Shown: piece after piece, positions 53,238 to 63,600 of the stretch
How positions within the stretch are numbered: position 1 is the first letter of the stretch
Layout of the letters: the number at the start of each line of letters is the position of its first letter
Assembly: GCA_013824645.1 (NCBI GenBank)
Contig: PNOF01000006.1
Coordinates: forward strand, 6,029 to 70,028
Direction: 5' to 3'
DNA: 64,000 bases
DNA from: Syntrophus sp. (in: bacteria)
GTDB taxonomy: Bacteria > Desulfobacterota > Syntrophorhabdia > Syntrophorhabdales > Syntrophorhabdaceae
Program-made: the position numbers and the translations under genes
The notes under the pieces: model-generated
What the model saw: only the letters and a program-made list of their open reading frames with translations
Told to the model about the DNA's origin: nothing
The model's database searches: none

Positions 53238-55007
53238 ATGATTAAGACGAAAATAAATAATGTTGATGTGGAGACGCCGGAAGGAACCAGTATCCTCTGG
53301 GCCGCACGAAAGGCTGGCTTCAACATCCCCACACTCTGTCAACATCCCGATCTTGTTCCCGGAGGACAATGCGGGATTTGTGTCGTTGAAATCGAAGGTG
53401 TACCGGGGCTGAAACGGTCCTGCATGACACCTGTCGGAGAGGGATTTACAGTCCGCACCCATACGCAGAGGGTCATGACCGTAAGAAAACAGCTCGTGGA
53501 ACTCATCCTCTCCAATCATGACACCGACTGCCTTACCTGCATAAAAAATAACAGCTGTGAATTGCAAAAGCTTGCCGCAACACTGGGGGTTGATACCCTG
53601 GAATATCCAAAATTCGAGGAAAAGCTGCCCATCGACAAAACCAGCGTTTCCATTGTGCGCGACCCTAACAAATGCATCCTCTGCGGGAGATGTACCCAGG
53701 TATGTTCCGATATCCAGACAGTAAATGCCCTGGCGATAAACAACAGGGGATGCGACACGGTCATCACAACCGCCTTCGATGCCGGTCTCGGAAACAGTGT
53801 CTGTATCAACTGCGGTCAATGCGTTGTGCATTGCCCCGTTGGCGCCCTCTACGAAAACAGTCAGATTGAGCAGGTCTGGGAAGCGCTCCACGACCCCGAT
53901 AAATTTGTCGTCGTTCAGGAAGCCCCTGCAGTAAGGGTCATGCTCGGCGAGGAATTCGGCATGCCTCCAGGTTCCCTTGTAAGCGGCAAGATGCACGCTG
54001 CCTTGCGCCGGCTCAACTTCGATGCTGTCCTTGATACCAATTTCGCCGCCGACCTTACCATTATGGAAGAAGGCACAGAACTCCTATCAAGACTTACATC
54101 GGGCAAGAACCTGCCTCTTATCACGAGTTGCAGCCCCGGATGGATCAAGTTTATGGAGACCTTCTATCATGACATGATCCCCCATATGTCGACAGCCAAA
54201 TCACCACAGCAGATGTTCGGTACTCTCTCAAAAACATATTACGCACAACAGAAAGGTATTCCGCCTGAAAAGATCGTTTCCGTGTCTATTATGCCATGCA
54301 CGGCAAAGAAATTCGAGTGTCAGCGGCCGGAAATGAACATAAGTGGATATCAGGATGTGGACTACGTACTCACCACCCGTGAGATCGGCCGTATGATGAG
54401 AGAAGCCGGGATCGATCTCAAAGAAATGCCCGACGAACCCGCCGATGACATAATGGGCGATTACACCGGAGCGGGCACCATTTTCGGCGCCACAGGCGGC
54501 GTCATGGAAGCAGCCATCAGGTCAGCCTATTTCCTCGTCACCGGGCGGGAACTCGAAAATCTTGATGTTATTCCGGTAAGAGGCTTAAAGGGCATCAAAG
54601 AGGCTGAGATCGATATTGACGGCACAAAAGTAAAGGTTGCCGTTGCGCACAGTTGTGGAAAAGCAAGGGAACTTATGGATAAGGTCGCAGCACAGCTTGA
54701 AAAAGACGGAAAATGTGAATATCAGTTTATTGAAGTCATGGCCTGTCCCGGCGGATGCGTCGGCGGCGGCGGTCAATCATGGGGCAGCAATATGGCAAAG
54801 AGGGCTCGTAGGGGCGAATCACTCTACGAAGAAGATAAATTAATGCCTCACCGGCGGTCTCACGAAAACCCTTCTGTCCAGGCCGTATATGAGAAATTCC
54901 TGGGGAAACCGAACTCGGAAAAATCCCATAAACTTCTCCATACACACTATTATAAAAGGAGTACTGTTGACGGTAAGGTTTTACCGGAAAACAAAATATC
55001 AGAGTAA
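53238..55007 (+). CDS. hydA: [FeFe]-hydrogenase catalytic subunit, paralog 2
   Basis: 589 aa. NuoG-like N-terminus and 2x ferredoxin motifs. H-cluster motifs ITSCSPGW (not TSCCP), MPCTAKKFE and EVMACPGGCVGGGGQ. Confidence 0.9.
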   Translation: MIKTKINNVDVETPEGTSILWAARKAGFNIPTLCQHPDLVPGGQCGICVVEIEGVPGLKRSCMTPVGEGFTVRTHTQRVMTVRKQLVELILSNHDTDCLTCIKNNSCELQKLAATLGVDTLEYPKFEEKLPIDKTSVSIVRDPNKCILCGRCTQVCSDIQTVNALAINNRGCDTVITTAFDAGLGNSVCINCGQCVVHCPVGALYENSQIEQVWEALHDPDKFVVVQEAPAVRVMLGEEFGMPPGSLVSGKMHAALRRLNFDAVLDTNFAADLTIMEEGTELLSRLTSGKNLPLITSCSPGWIKFMETFYHDMIPHMSTAKSPQQMFGTLSKTYYAQQKGIPPEKIVSVSIMPCTAKKFECQRPEMNISGYQDVDYVLTTREIGRMMREAGIDLKEMPDEPADDIMGDYTGAGTIFGATGGVMEAAIRSAYFLVTGRELENLDVIPVRGLKGIKEAEIDIDGTKVKVAVAHSCGKARELMDKVAAQLEKDGKCEYQFIEVMACPGGCVGGGGQSWGSNMAKRARRGESLYEEDKLMPHRRSHENPSVQAVYEKFLGKPNSEKSHKLLHTHYYKRSTVDGKVLPENKISE

Positions 55008-55039
55008 ACGCATCGCATATGAAATAAGGGAGGAAGAAG

Positions 55040-55537
55040 ATGGCCGCCGAAAATCAATGTAACTGTGTCCAGACACAGGAAGAAGATCTCTACCCGAGAC
55101 TGAATGAGATCATTGGTGAACATAAAGGAAAACCGGAAGACCTCATAATGGTACTCCATAAAGCACAGAACCTTTTCGGTTATTTACCGAAAAAGGTACA
55201 GGAAATGGTCGCCGAAGGCTTAAATATGTCCATCAATGAGGTATATGGCGTCATTACCTTTTATAATTTCTTCTCCACGGTCCCGCAGGGAAAGCACAGC
55301 GTAAAGGTCTGTCTGGGGACAGCCTGTTATGTTCGTGGGTCCCAGAAGGTCCTTGAGAAAACAGAGAAAGCACTGGGTATCAAGGTTGGTGGAACAACAG
55401 ATGACAGAAGATACTCCCTTGGTGTGGTCCGCTGTATCGGGGCATGTGGTCTCGCCCCTGCCATGCTGGTCGATGAAGATGTCTATGGTCGTGTAAAAAC
55501 AACAAATGCCATGGAAATAATAGAAAAGTACGAGTAA
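55040..55537 (+). CDS. NuoE-like [2Fe-2S] subunit (third copy)
   Basis: 165 aa. VCLGTACYVRG and CIGACGLAPAMLVD. Confidence 0.85.
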   Translation: MAAENQCNCVQTQEEDLYPRLNEIIGEHKGKPEDLIMVLHKAQNLFGYLPKKVQEMVAEGLNMSINEVYGVITFYNFFSTVPQGKHSVKVCLGTACYVRGSQKVLEKTEKALGIKVGGTTDDRRYSLGVVRCIGACGLAPAMLVDEDVYGRVKTTNAMEIIEKYE

Positions 55538-55552
55538 GGAGGGTCAAACACA

Positions 55553-58500
55553 ATGGATGTATCGCGCGCGCACGTCTTGGTTTGTGCTGGAGCTGCATGT
55601 GTCTCTTCCGGTTGCCGCGACATAAGAGATGCAGTTGTTAATAACATACTGGAAAAGGGATTGCAGAATGAGGTAAAGGTTATCGAAACCGGCTGCATCG
55701 GTTCCTGCGACCTGGGCCCTCTGGTCCTCATCTACCCTGAAGGCGTACTCTATCAGAAATTAACGCCGGCTGATGCTGAAGAGATTGTGGCAGAACACCT
55801 GCTGAAGGGGAGAATTGTAGATAGGCTCCTTTATAAAGAACCTGTCAGCGAAAAGGCAATCCCCTCCCTGAAAGAGATGGATTTCTTTAAGAGTCAGGTA
55901 AAGATCGTCCTTCGCAACTGTGGTGTCATCAACCCTCTCAACATTGAAGAATATATCGGTCGTGACGGCTACCTGGGCCTTGGAAAATCTCTCACGGAAA
56001 TGACCCGTGAGCAGGTCATTGATGAAGTCCTCAAATCGGGACTCCGTGGACGGGGCGGCGGCGGGTTTCCTACCGGCATTAAATGGAAGTTTGCCCACCA
56101 GTCACCTGGCGATGTGAAATATGTGGTCTGTAATGCCGATGAAGGCGACCCCGGCGCATTCATGGATAGAAGCGTTCTCGAAGGCGATCCGCACAGCGTC
56201 ATCGAGGCTATGGCCATTGCAGCATACGCAATCGGAGCGCAGCAGGGCTACATTTATGTCCGCGCCGAATATCCCCTCGCAATAGAACGGCTCAACTGGG
56301 CCATCGGTCAGGCACGGGAATATAAATTATTAGGAAAAAATATCCTCGATAAGGGGTTCAATTTTGATCTCGAGATCAGGATCGGCGCAGGAGCATTCGT
56401 CTGCGGTGAAGAAACAGCGCTCATGATGTCCATTGAAGGAAAGAGGGGTGAACCGAGACCAAGGCCTCCTTTCCCGGTTGTAAAGGGTCTTTTCAATGTG
56501 CCGACACTACTCAACAACGTTGAAACCTATGCCAATATACCCGCCATCATCGTTAATGGCGCCGCTTGGTATGCCCAATACGGGACAGAAAAAAGTAAGG
56601 GAACAAAAGTCTTTGCCCTCGCCGGAGCTGTCAATAATACCGGTCTCGTGGAAGTACCCATGGGGACACCACTGGGAGATATCGTCTTTAATATCGGCGG
56701 CGGCATCAAGGACGGAAAGAAATATAAGGCGGCACAGCTCGGTGGACCATCGGGCGGTTGTATTCCCATTCAGCACATCAATGTGCCCGTGGATTACGAA
56801 TCGGTTGCCGAACTAGGCGCCATTGTAGGATCAGGCGGCCTCATCGTAGCCGATGAAGACACCTGTATGGTAGATTTTGCCCGTTTCTTCCTCGATTTTA
56901 TCCAGCATGAGTCTTGCGGTAAATGCCCTCCCTGCCGCATCGGCACGAAGAGGATGCTTGAAATACTGAAACGGATTACCCGGGGAGACGGAAAACCAAC
57001 GGATATCGACGATCTTATCGAACTCTCTACCCGTATTAAGGACTCGGCCCTATGCGGTCTTGGCCAGACAGCGCCCAATCCGGTACTCTCTACCTTGAAA
57101 TTTTTCAGGAACGAATATATAGAACATATCGAAGATAAACACTGTAGCGCCGGTGTTTGCAGCGCCCTATTTGACGCGCCGTGTCAGAACGCATGCCCGA
57201 CAGACCAGAACGCCTGGGGCTATGTAACCCTTATCAGCGAAGGAAGATTCAAAGAAGCGATTGCCCTTATCAAGGAAGCTAATCCCTTCCCGGCTGTTCT
57301 CGGACGTGTCTGTGTACACCCCTGTGAGGCGAAATGCCGCCGGGGCCAGATTGACGAGCCTGTCGGTATCTGCGCATTGAAACGGTTTGTCGCGGATACG
57401 GACATGAATTCCTTCCCTCCATACCGGCCCCCTGTCGAACAACCGAAAGACAAGAAAGTGGCCGTTATCGGCGCCGGTCCCGCAGGCCTTTCCGGTGCTT
57501 ACTTCCTTGCTCTCAAGGGATATAAAGTAACTGTTTTCGAAGCATTACCGGTAGCAGGCGGCATGCTCGCCGTAGGAATCCCCGATTATCGTTTGCCGAA
57601 AGTGATCCTTAATACAGAAGTAAAAGCCATTACCGATCTTGGCGTGGAAATTAAATATAACATACGTCTCGGAAAAGATATTACAACAGGAAAGCTCTTT
57701 ACCGAAGGGTACAGTGCTATCCTTATGGCAACAGGCGCCCACCAGGGCCAAAAACTTGGCATTCCTGGCGAGCAGTCAGGCGGCGTTATCGATGGCGTTA
57801 CCTTCCTCCGGAATGTTAACCTAAAAGAGACAACAAAGGTTGAAGGGAAAGTGGTCGTTATCGGTGGTGGCAATGTGGCAATAGATGCGGCACGTTCAGC
57901 GCTCAGACTTGGCGCTGACGAAGTTTCCATTCTCTACAGAAGACAAAAAAACGACATGCCCGCATACAAGGAAGAAATTGAGGATGCTGAAAAAGAAGGC
58001 ATCAAAATCCATACCCTTGTTGCCCCCAACAAGATTGTCACAAAAGACGAAAAGGCAATAGGCATCGAGTGTATCCGCATGAAACTGGGAAAATTCGACA
58101 AAGGCGGTCGCCGTATCCCCGAGCCGGTAAACAATTCCGATTTTATTATCAATGCCGACATGGTTATTGCAGCCATCGGTCAGAGCCCTGATCTGTCCCA
58201 TCTGGACGGGAATGGCATTAAGGTTTCTAAAAACGGCACCATTGAAGCAAACGTAAAAACCCTTGCAACGGATATGGACGGAATCTTTGCTGCAGGTGAT
58301 GCTGTGCGCGGTCCCGCCACAGCCGTTGAAGCTGTCGCAGATGGGAAAAATGCTGCCCTGACAATCGACAAATTCCTGGGCGGTGAAGGGCAACCGATGA
58401 ACGCGTTCCGCGATGAGCTTTTACAACTACTGGTCACCTACAACGAAACTGAGTACCAGAAAGAAAGGGCCAAGGTCGAAATGCCCCATCTTCCTGTGAC

Positions 58501-58606
58501 AAAACGAAACATGAATTTTAACGAAGTTGTTCTCGGTTATTCGGCCAACGCTGCCGTAGAAGAGGCAAAGCGATGCCTGCACTGTTATTTGCGTGAAAGC
58601 GAGTAA
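55553..58606 (+). CDS. NuoF-like flavoprotein fused to a GltD/NfnB-like FAD/NAD(P)H oxidoreductase
   Basis: 1017 aa. Cys-complete 2Fe-2S N-domain, GLRGRGGGGFPTG and SCGKCPPCRIGT. It then has a GltD-type Fe-S region (CQNACP...VCVHPCEAKCRR), GAGPAGLSGAYFLA (FAD), VIGGGNVAIDAA (NAD(P)H) and a GD motif AAGD. Confidence 0.85.
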   Translation: MDVSRAHVLVCAGAACVSSGCRDIRDAVVNNILEKGLQNEVKVIETGCIGSCDLGPLVLIYPEGVLYQKLTPADAEEIVAEHLLKGRIVDRLLYKEPVSEKAIPSLKEMDFFKSQVKIVLRNCGVINPLNIEEYIGRDGYLGLGKSLTEMTREQVIDEVLKSGLRGRGGGGFPTGIKWKFAHQSPGDVKYVVCNADEGDPGAFMDRSVLEGDPHSVIEAMAIAAYAIGAQQGYIYVRAEYPLAIERLNWAIGQAREYKLLGKNILDKGFNFDLEIRIGAGAFVCGEETALMMSIEGKRGEPRPRPPFPVVKGLFNVPTLLNNVETYANIPAIIVNGAAWYAQYGTEKSKGTKVFALAGAVNNTGLVEVPMGTPLGDIVFNIGGGIKDGKKYKAAQLGGPSGGCIPIQHINVPVDYESVAELGAIVGSGGLIVADEDTCMVDFARFFLDFIQHESCGKCPPCRIGTKRMLEILKRITRGDGKPTDIDDLIELSTRIKDSALCGLGQTAPNPVLSTLKFFRNEYIEHIEDKHCSAGVCSALFDAPCQNACPTDQNAWGYVTLISEGRFKEAIALIKEANPFPAVLGRVCVHPCEAKCRRGQIDEPVGICALKRFVADTDMNSFPPYRPPVEQPKDKKVAVIGAGPAGLSGAYFLALKGYKVTVFEALPVAGGMLAVGIPDYRLPKVILNTEVKAITDLGVEIKYNIRLGKDITTGKLFTEGYSAILMATGAHQGQKLGIPGEQSGGVIDGVTFLRNVNLKETTKVEGKVVVIGGGNVAIDAARSALRLGADEVSILYRRQKNDMPAYKEEIEDAEKEGIKIHTLVAPNKIVTKDEKAIGIECIRMKLGKFDKGGRRIPEPVNNSDFIINADMVIAAIGQSPDLSHLDGNGIKVSKNGTIEANVKTLATDMDGIFAAGDAVRGPATAVEAVADGKNAALTIDKFLGGEGQPMNAFRDELLQLLVTYNETEYQKERAKVEMPHLPVTKRNMNFNEVVLGYSANAAVEEAKRCLHCYLRESE

Positions 58607-58639
58607 CATCCCTTCATGGGCCGACAAGGAGCGTGAGCT

Positions 58640-60364
58640 ATGATGATAAGCTTGACCATAGACGGTCGTAAAATAGAGGCCGAGCAAGACACAACTATTC
58701 TTGACGCTGCCAGAGAGGCAAAAATACATATACCGACGCTGTGCTACCTCCCGGAGGTCCAGGCCATAGGCGCCTGCAGAGTCTGTCTCGTGGAAATAGA
58801 AGGTAACCGCGTGTTGCAGGCATCCTGCATCTTACCGGTCAGTCCGGGTCTTGTGGTCCTTACAAATACGGAACGGGTGAGAAAAGCACGGAGGTTTGCC
58901 GTTGAGATGCTCCTCTCCAACCATCCCTTTGAGTGTCTTACCTGCGCCCGAAACCTCAACTGCGAACTCCAGAGTCTCGCCACGGATCTTTGTGTCCGGG
59001 ACATCCGTTTTACCGGTGATAAGAGCGAAGGCCGTATTGATGAGTCTTCCCCCTCTATCAGACGGGACCAGAACAAATGTATCCTCTGCCGCAGATGTGT
59101 TACCGTCTGTCAGGAAATACAGAGTGTCACCGCCCTGCATTTACAGGGAAGAGGTTTTGGCACGCGGGTTGAGCCGGCATTCGACAGAGACATAAATGAT
59201 GTGGCCTGTACAAACTGCGGACAGTGTTCCCTTGTCTGTCCCGTGGGCGCCATCACTGAAAAGGAATACATTAAGGAAGTATGGGATGCCATCAATGACC
59301 CCACAAAATTTACCGTTATCCAAGATGCCCCTGCAGTCAGGGTTGCCCTTGGTGAAGAATTCGGCTATCCTCCCGGTACACTGGTAACGGGAAAAATGCT
59401 TGCAGCAGCCCGGAAACTCGGTTTCGACCGAATCTTCGATACAAACTTCGCGGCAGACCTGACAATCCTCGAGGAGGGCAGTGAACTTTTACAAAGGGTA
59501 AAAGAAGGCGGTATACTCCCCCTTATCACGAGCTGCAGCCCCGGATGGATCAAGTTTATTGAACATTTTTATCCCGAAATGCTCCCCAACCTCTCTACCT
59601 GCAAATCTCCGCATCAGATGCTGGGAGCCCTCACGAAAACCTATTATGCCAAGAAAATGGGTATTGATCCCAAGGATATGATTGTTGTCTCTGTCATGCC
59701 CTGCACGGCAAAAAAATTCGAGTGTCAGAGACCTGAGATGAGGTCCAGCGGATATCAGGATGTTGACTATGTGCTCACCACACGGGAACTTGCAAAGATG
59801 ATAAAACAGGCTGGCATCGATTTTGAAAACCTTGATGACGGCAGCTATGATGACCCCATGGGCGAATACACCGGCGCTGCAACGATTTTCGGCGCCACAG
59901 GCGGCGTCATGGAAGCTGCCCTCCGTACAGCCTATGAAGTGGCAACAGGTAAAACCCTTGAAAGTGTTGAATTCACCGCTGTCCGGGGCCTCGAAGGCAT
60001 AAAGGAAGCGGTCATTCCCATTGAAGGCATAGGCGATGTCCGCATCGCAGTATCGCACGGTCTCGGTAATGCACGAAAGCTCCTCGAGAGGGTAAAGGAA
60101 GGCAAAGAGCAGTATCACTTCATTGAGATCATGGCCTGTCCCGGCGGATGTGTCGGAGGCGGCGGCCAGCCCTTCCCTGTTAATAATGATGTGAGAACAC
60201 GGAGAGCACAGGCGCTCTACGCGGAAGATTGTTCCCTCACCTTGAGAAAATCTCACGAAAGCCCATCAGTCAAAAAACTTTACGAAGAATTTCTCGGAGC
60301 GCCGCTTGGTGAAAAATCACATCACCTACTCCACACGAAGTACACACCGCGGAGCAGGTTCTGA
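58640..60364 (+). CDS. hydA: [FeFe]-hydrogenase catalytic subunit, paralog 3
   Basis: 574 aa, collinear with paralog 2 (for example VMPCTAKKFECQRPEM, GYQDVDYVLTTRE, IFGATGGVMEAA). Again has ITSCSPGW, plus EIMACPGGCVGGGGQP. Confidence 0.9.
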   Translation: MMISLTIDGRKIEAEQDTTILDAAREAKIHIPTLCYLPEVQAIGACRVCLVEIEGNRVLQASCILPVSPGLVVLTNTERVRKARRFAVEMLLSNHPFECLTCARNLNCELQSLATDLCVRDIRFTGDKSEGRIDESSPSIRRDQNKCILCRRCVTVCQEIQSVTALHLQGRGFGTRVEPAFDRDINDVACTNCGQCSLVCPVGAITEKEYIKEVWDAINDPTKFTVIQDAPAVRVALGEEFGYPPGTLVTGKMLAAARKLGFDRIFDTNFAADLTILEEGSELLQRVKEGGILPLITSCSPGWIKFIEHFYPEMLPNLSTCKSPHQMLGALTKTYYAKKMGIDPKDMIVVSVMPCTAKKFECQRPEMRSSGYQDVDYVLTTRELAKMIKQAGIDFENLDDGSYDDPMGEYTGAATIFGATGGVMEAALRTAYEVATGKTLESVEFTAVRGLEGIKEAVIPIEGIGDVRIAVSHGLGNARKLLERVKEGKEQYHFIEIMACPGGCVGGGGQPFPVNNDVRTRRAQALYAEDCSLTLRKSHESPSVKKLYEEFLGAPLGEKSHHLLHTKYTPRSRF

Positions 60365-60644
60365 TACTAAACCTGCTCTAATAGTGGAACGTTTTACGAA
60401 GCAGTTGGCTATGTCAATTTAATTTTGTTCCTTTTGGCTGGCTAACCTCGGTCCCTCTTCTAGTAAGCTAATCTATAGTCTGAGATGGAATTACCTTGAC
60501 ACTAAACGCCCCAAATAATAGTATTTAATAAATTGATATTTATCTATTAATTTTTTATCGGAAACTCAATGACACATGAAAGTGTCGGGCGTCATCATAT
60601 AACGGCTCAAGGTGACGTGTGACGTTGGCCCCTGAAAGAAAAAT

Positions 60645-63600
60645 ATGGAGCACAACCTGAATAACTTGCTTCAGAAAGTCACGGTCAGCTTAGCAGCATA
60701 CCTCGAAAAGGTGCTGCCGCCCCTCTTTGAAGATTGGTGGAAGCAAGCTGTCCTCGATAGTCTATCGTTCCAGCAAAAACGGCGTCTGGAACAACGTAAG
60801 ATAAGTTCACTTGGTGCATTAGATCTTGCTGCACTGCTTCGGGTGCTCGACCAGAACTGGTATCAGATATCCACCAGACTGGATCTGACATCGGAAGCAC
60901 GTCACTTTGTCAAAGAAATGCAAACGGTACGCAATCGGTGGGCACATGCAACCACGGAAGGGGTTCCAGCCGAGGATGTATACCGTGATCTGGATACTCT
61001 GCAACGCTTTGCTTTGGTCATCGACACCGATGAGACCTTTCTTCAAGAAATTCGGACAGCAAAAGCTGCGATCCTCTCGCAGGAAAGACAATCATCTTTA
61101 CAGGACAGTCCCGTTGAACAGACTCCTTCTCAGATCAGCAAAGATAAAGGTTTTGAGTTTAAGCCTGGCCAGATTGTTTCTCTCAGATCGAATCCTGCCA
61201 TCCGAGGCGCCGTTGTATCAGTCCAGTCGGGGGAAGAGGAGAATCGCTACATCGTTTTTCTTAATAATGAGACGCAAACATATTATACCTCTCAACTTGA
61301 GGCTTACCGCGAACAAAATACAGCCGCACAGTTTTTGGGCCGTGACCAGTTTCAGGGATATCTTACCGCTCTGCAGATTCGACATCCAGGATTATCAACG
61401 CTTTATTCGCTCAATGCTGCCCGCATTGATTTCATACCCTATCAGTTCCGGCCGGTCCTGAAGTTCATCAGGTCCGACCGACCCCGATTACTCATCGCCG
61501 ACGGCGTGGGCGTTGGAAAGACCATCGAAGCGGGACTTATTCTTCGTGAGCTGCAGGCAAGACGCGACATTCGTTCTGTCCTTATCATATGCCCCCGTCC
61601 ACTGGTCATCGAACAAAAATGGCAGAATGAGATGAAACGATTTGAAGAACGTTTTACCCATCTCGACGGCCGCGGTCTGCGTTACTGTATCGACGAGACG
61701 GATAAGGATGGAGTATGGCCCGAACAGTACCGCAAAGTGATAGTCCCCTTTTCTCTCTTCGACGAAACTCTCCTGTATGGAAACACGGGGAAAGGCAAGA
61801 AGGCCCACAGAAAGGGATTGTTGGGCCTGGATCCACCGCCACGCTTTGATCTTGTTATCGTCGATGAAGCGCACCACGTCAGAAATCAGGATACGTACAG
61901 TCACAAGGCAGTGAGATATTTCTGCGACCATGCTGAAGCAGTTCTCTTTCTCACGGCAACACCTATACAGCTGGGTAGTAAGGACCTCTTCGTCCTACTC
62001 AATATCCTCCGTCCTGATCTCGTCATCGATCAAGAAAGTTTTGAACATATGGCTGAGCCGAACCGGTTCATTAATGAGGCAGTTGGCCTTGCGCGGGCGC
62101 AGGAACCTCACTGGACTGCGAGAGCGATGGAAACTCTTGATTCTGCTGCCGATACCTCTTGGGGCCGGGCCATTCTCAGAAACAATCCGGAGTTTCTTAG
62201 GATACGAAACAGACTTGTTGATAACAACGTTACGCTGGAAGAACGTGTCCAGGTAATCACTGAACTTGAAAATATGAATACCTTTGCCGGAATTATCAGC
62301 AGGACCAGAAGACGCGATATCGGAAATTTCACGCTGAGAAAACCTGAAACCGTCGTTGTGGACTTCACACCGTCCCAAAGAGAACTTCATGATGAATTAC
62401 TGCGAGTACAGGCCGAGATATTCGCCAGAATTCACGGAGATGTGAACGTCAAATTTATGATGACGACCATTAGACGTCAGGCGGCGAGTTGTCTTTTCGG
62501 GCTTGCACCATTTATCGAAGATATCCTCAACCGGCACCTCGATGAATTGGCATGGGAAGAAGCTGATGAAACGGGGCAGGCACCCCAGGGTGATATCGCT
62601 GATATCATCAAATCAAGCATAGTCGCCGTCCTTGAAAAAGCGAAGAGACTCGACCCAGCCGATCCGAAGCTTGAATCCCTCCGAAAAATCATAAGAGATA
62701 AGGTAGCGCTTCCCAACAATAAGCTCATGCTTTTCAGCAGCTTTAGGCATACGCTCCACTATCTCCACAGACATCTTGTCGTCGACGGATTCCGTGTTGC
62801 CATGGTTCATGGAGGAACGCCCGATGAAGACCGAAGAGAGCTGCGCCGCCGGTTCGAGTTGAAAAGAGAGGATGACGATGCTTTGGATGTACTGCTCTTT
62901 TCTGAAATAGGCTGTGAAGGTCTCGATTACCAGTTCTGCGACTGCATCGTCAACTATGACCTGCCGTGGAACCCCATGCGTGTCGAACAACGGATAGGCC
63001 GTATCGACCGTAATGGCCAGAAGAGCGAAAGTGTTGCCATCTATAACCTCATAACACCTGACACTGTTGATGCCGACATCTACGAGCGTTGTCTGGTGCG
63101 CATCGGTGTATTCAATAACGCCCTCGGAGGCAGCGAAGAAATACTCGGGGAGATTACCAGAGAAATAAAAGATATCGCTGAGAATTTTACTCTCAAGGAA
63201 GACGAACGTAAGATAAAGTTCCAGCAATTAGCCGACAATAAAATCAGGTTAATACAAGAGCAAGAAGTGCTGGAACAGCGCCAACTCGAACTATTCGGCA
63301 TCCACCTACCTGAAGAGAGAATGAAAAAGGAAATTGAAGAAGCGTCGAGCTTCTGGTTGACCCCGGCGTCCATTCACCGGCTTGTAGCTCTCTATCTGCA
63401 GCAGGCCTGTGGCAGAGAACAGGAATATATTCTCGGCGAAAAGGTTCTAAAAACACTGCGTCTTTCTCAGGATGCCAGAGGGGTGCTTCTGAAGGACTTT
63501 CAAGAGCTGCCCCGGCAGCATACATCCATGTGGCGTGACTGGGAAAACTGGCTCAAGGGCGCGAATCCTCACCAACTTGTTACCTTCGAATCAGAATGTG

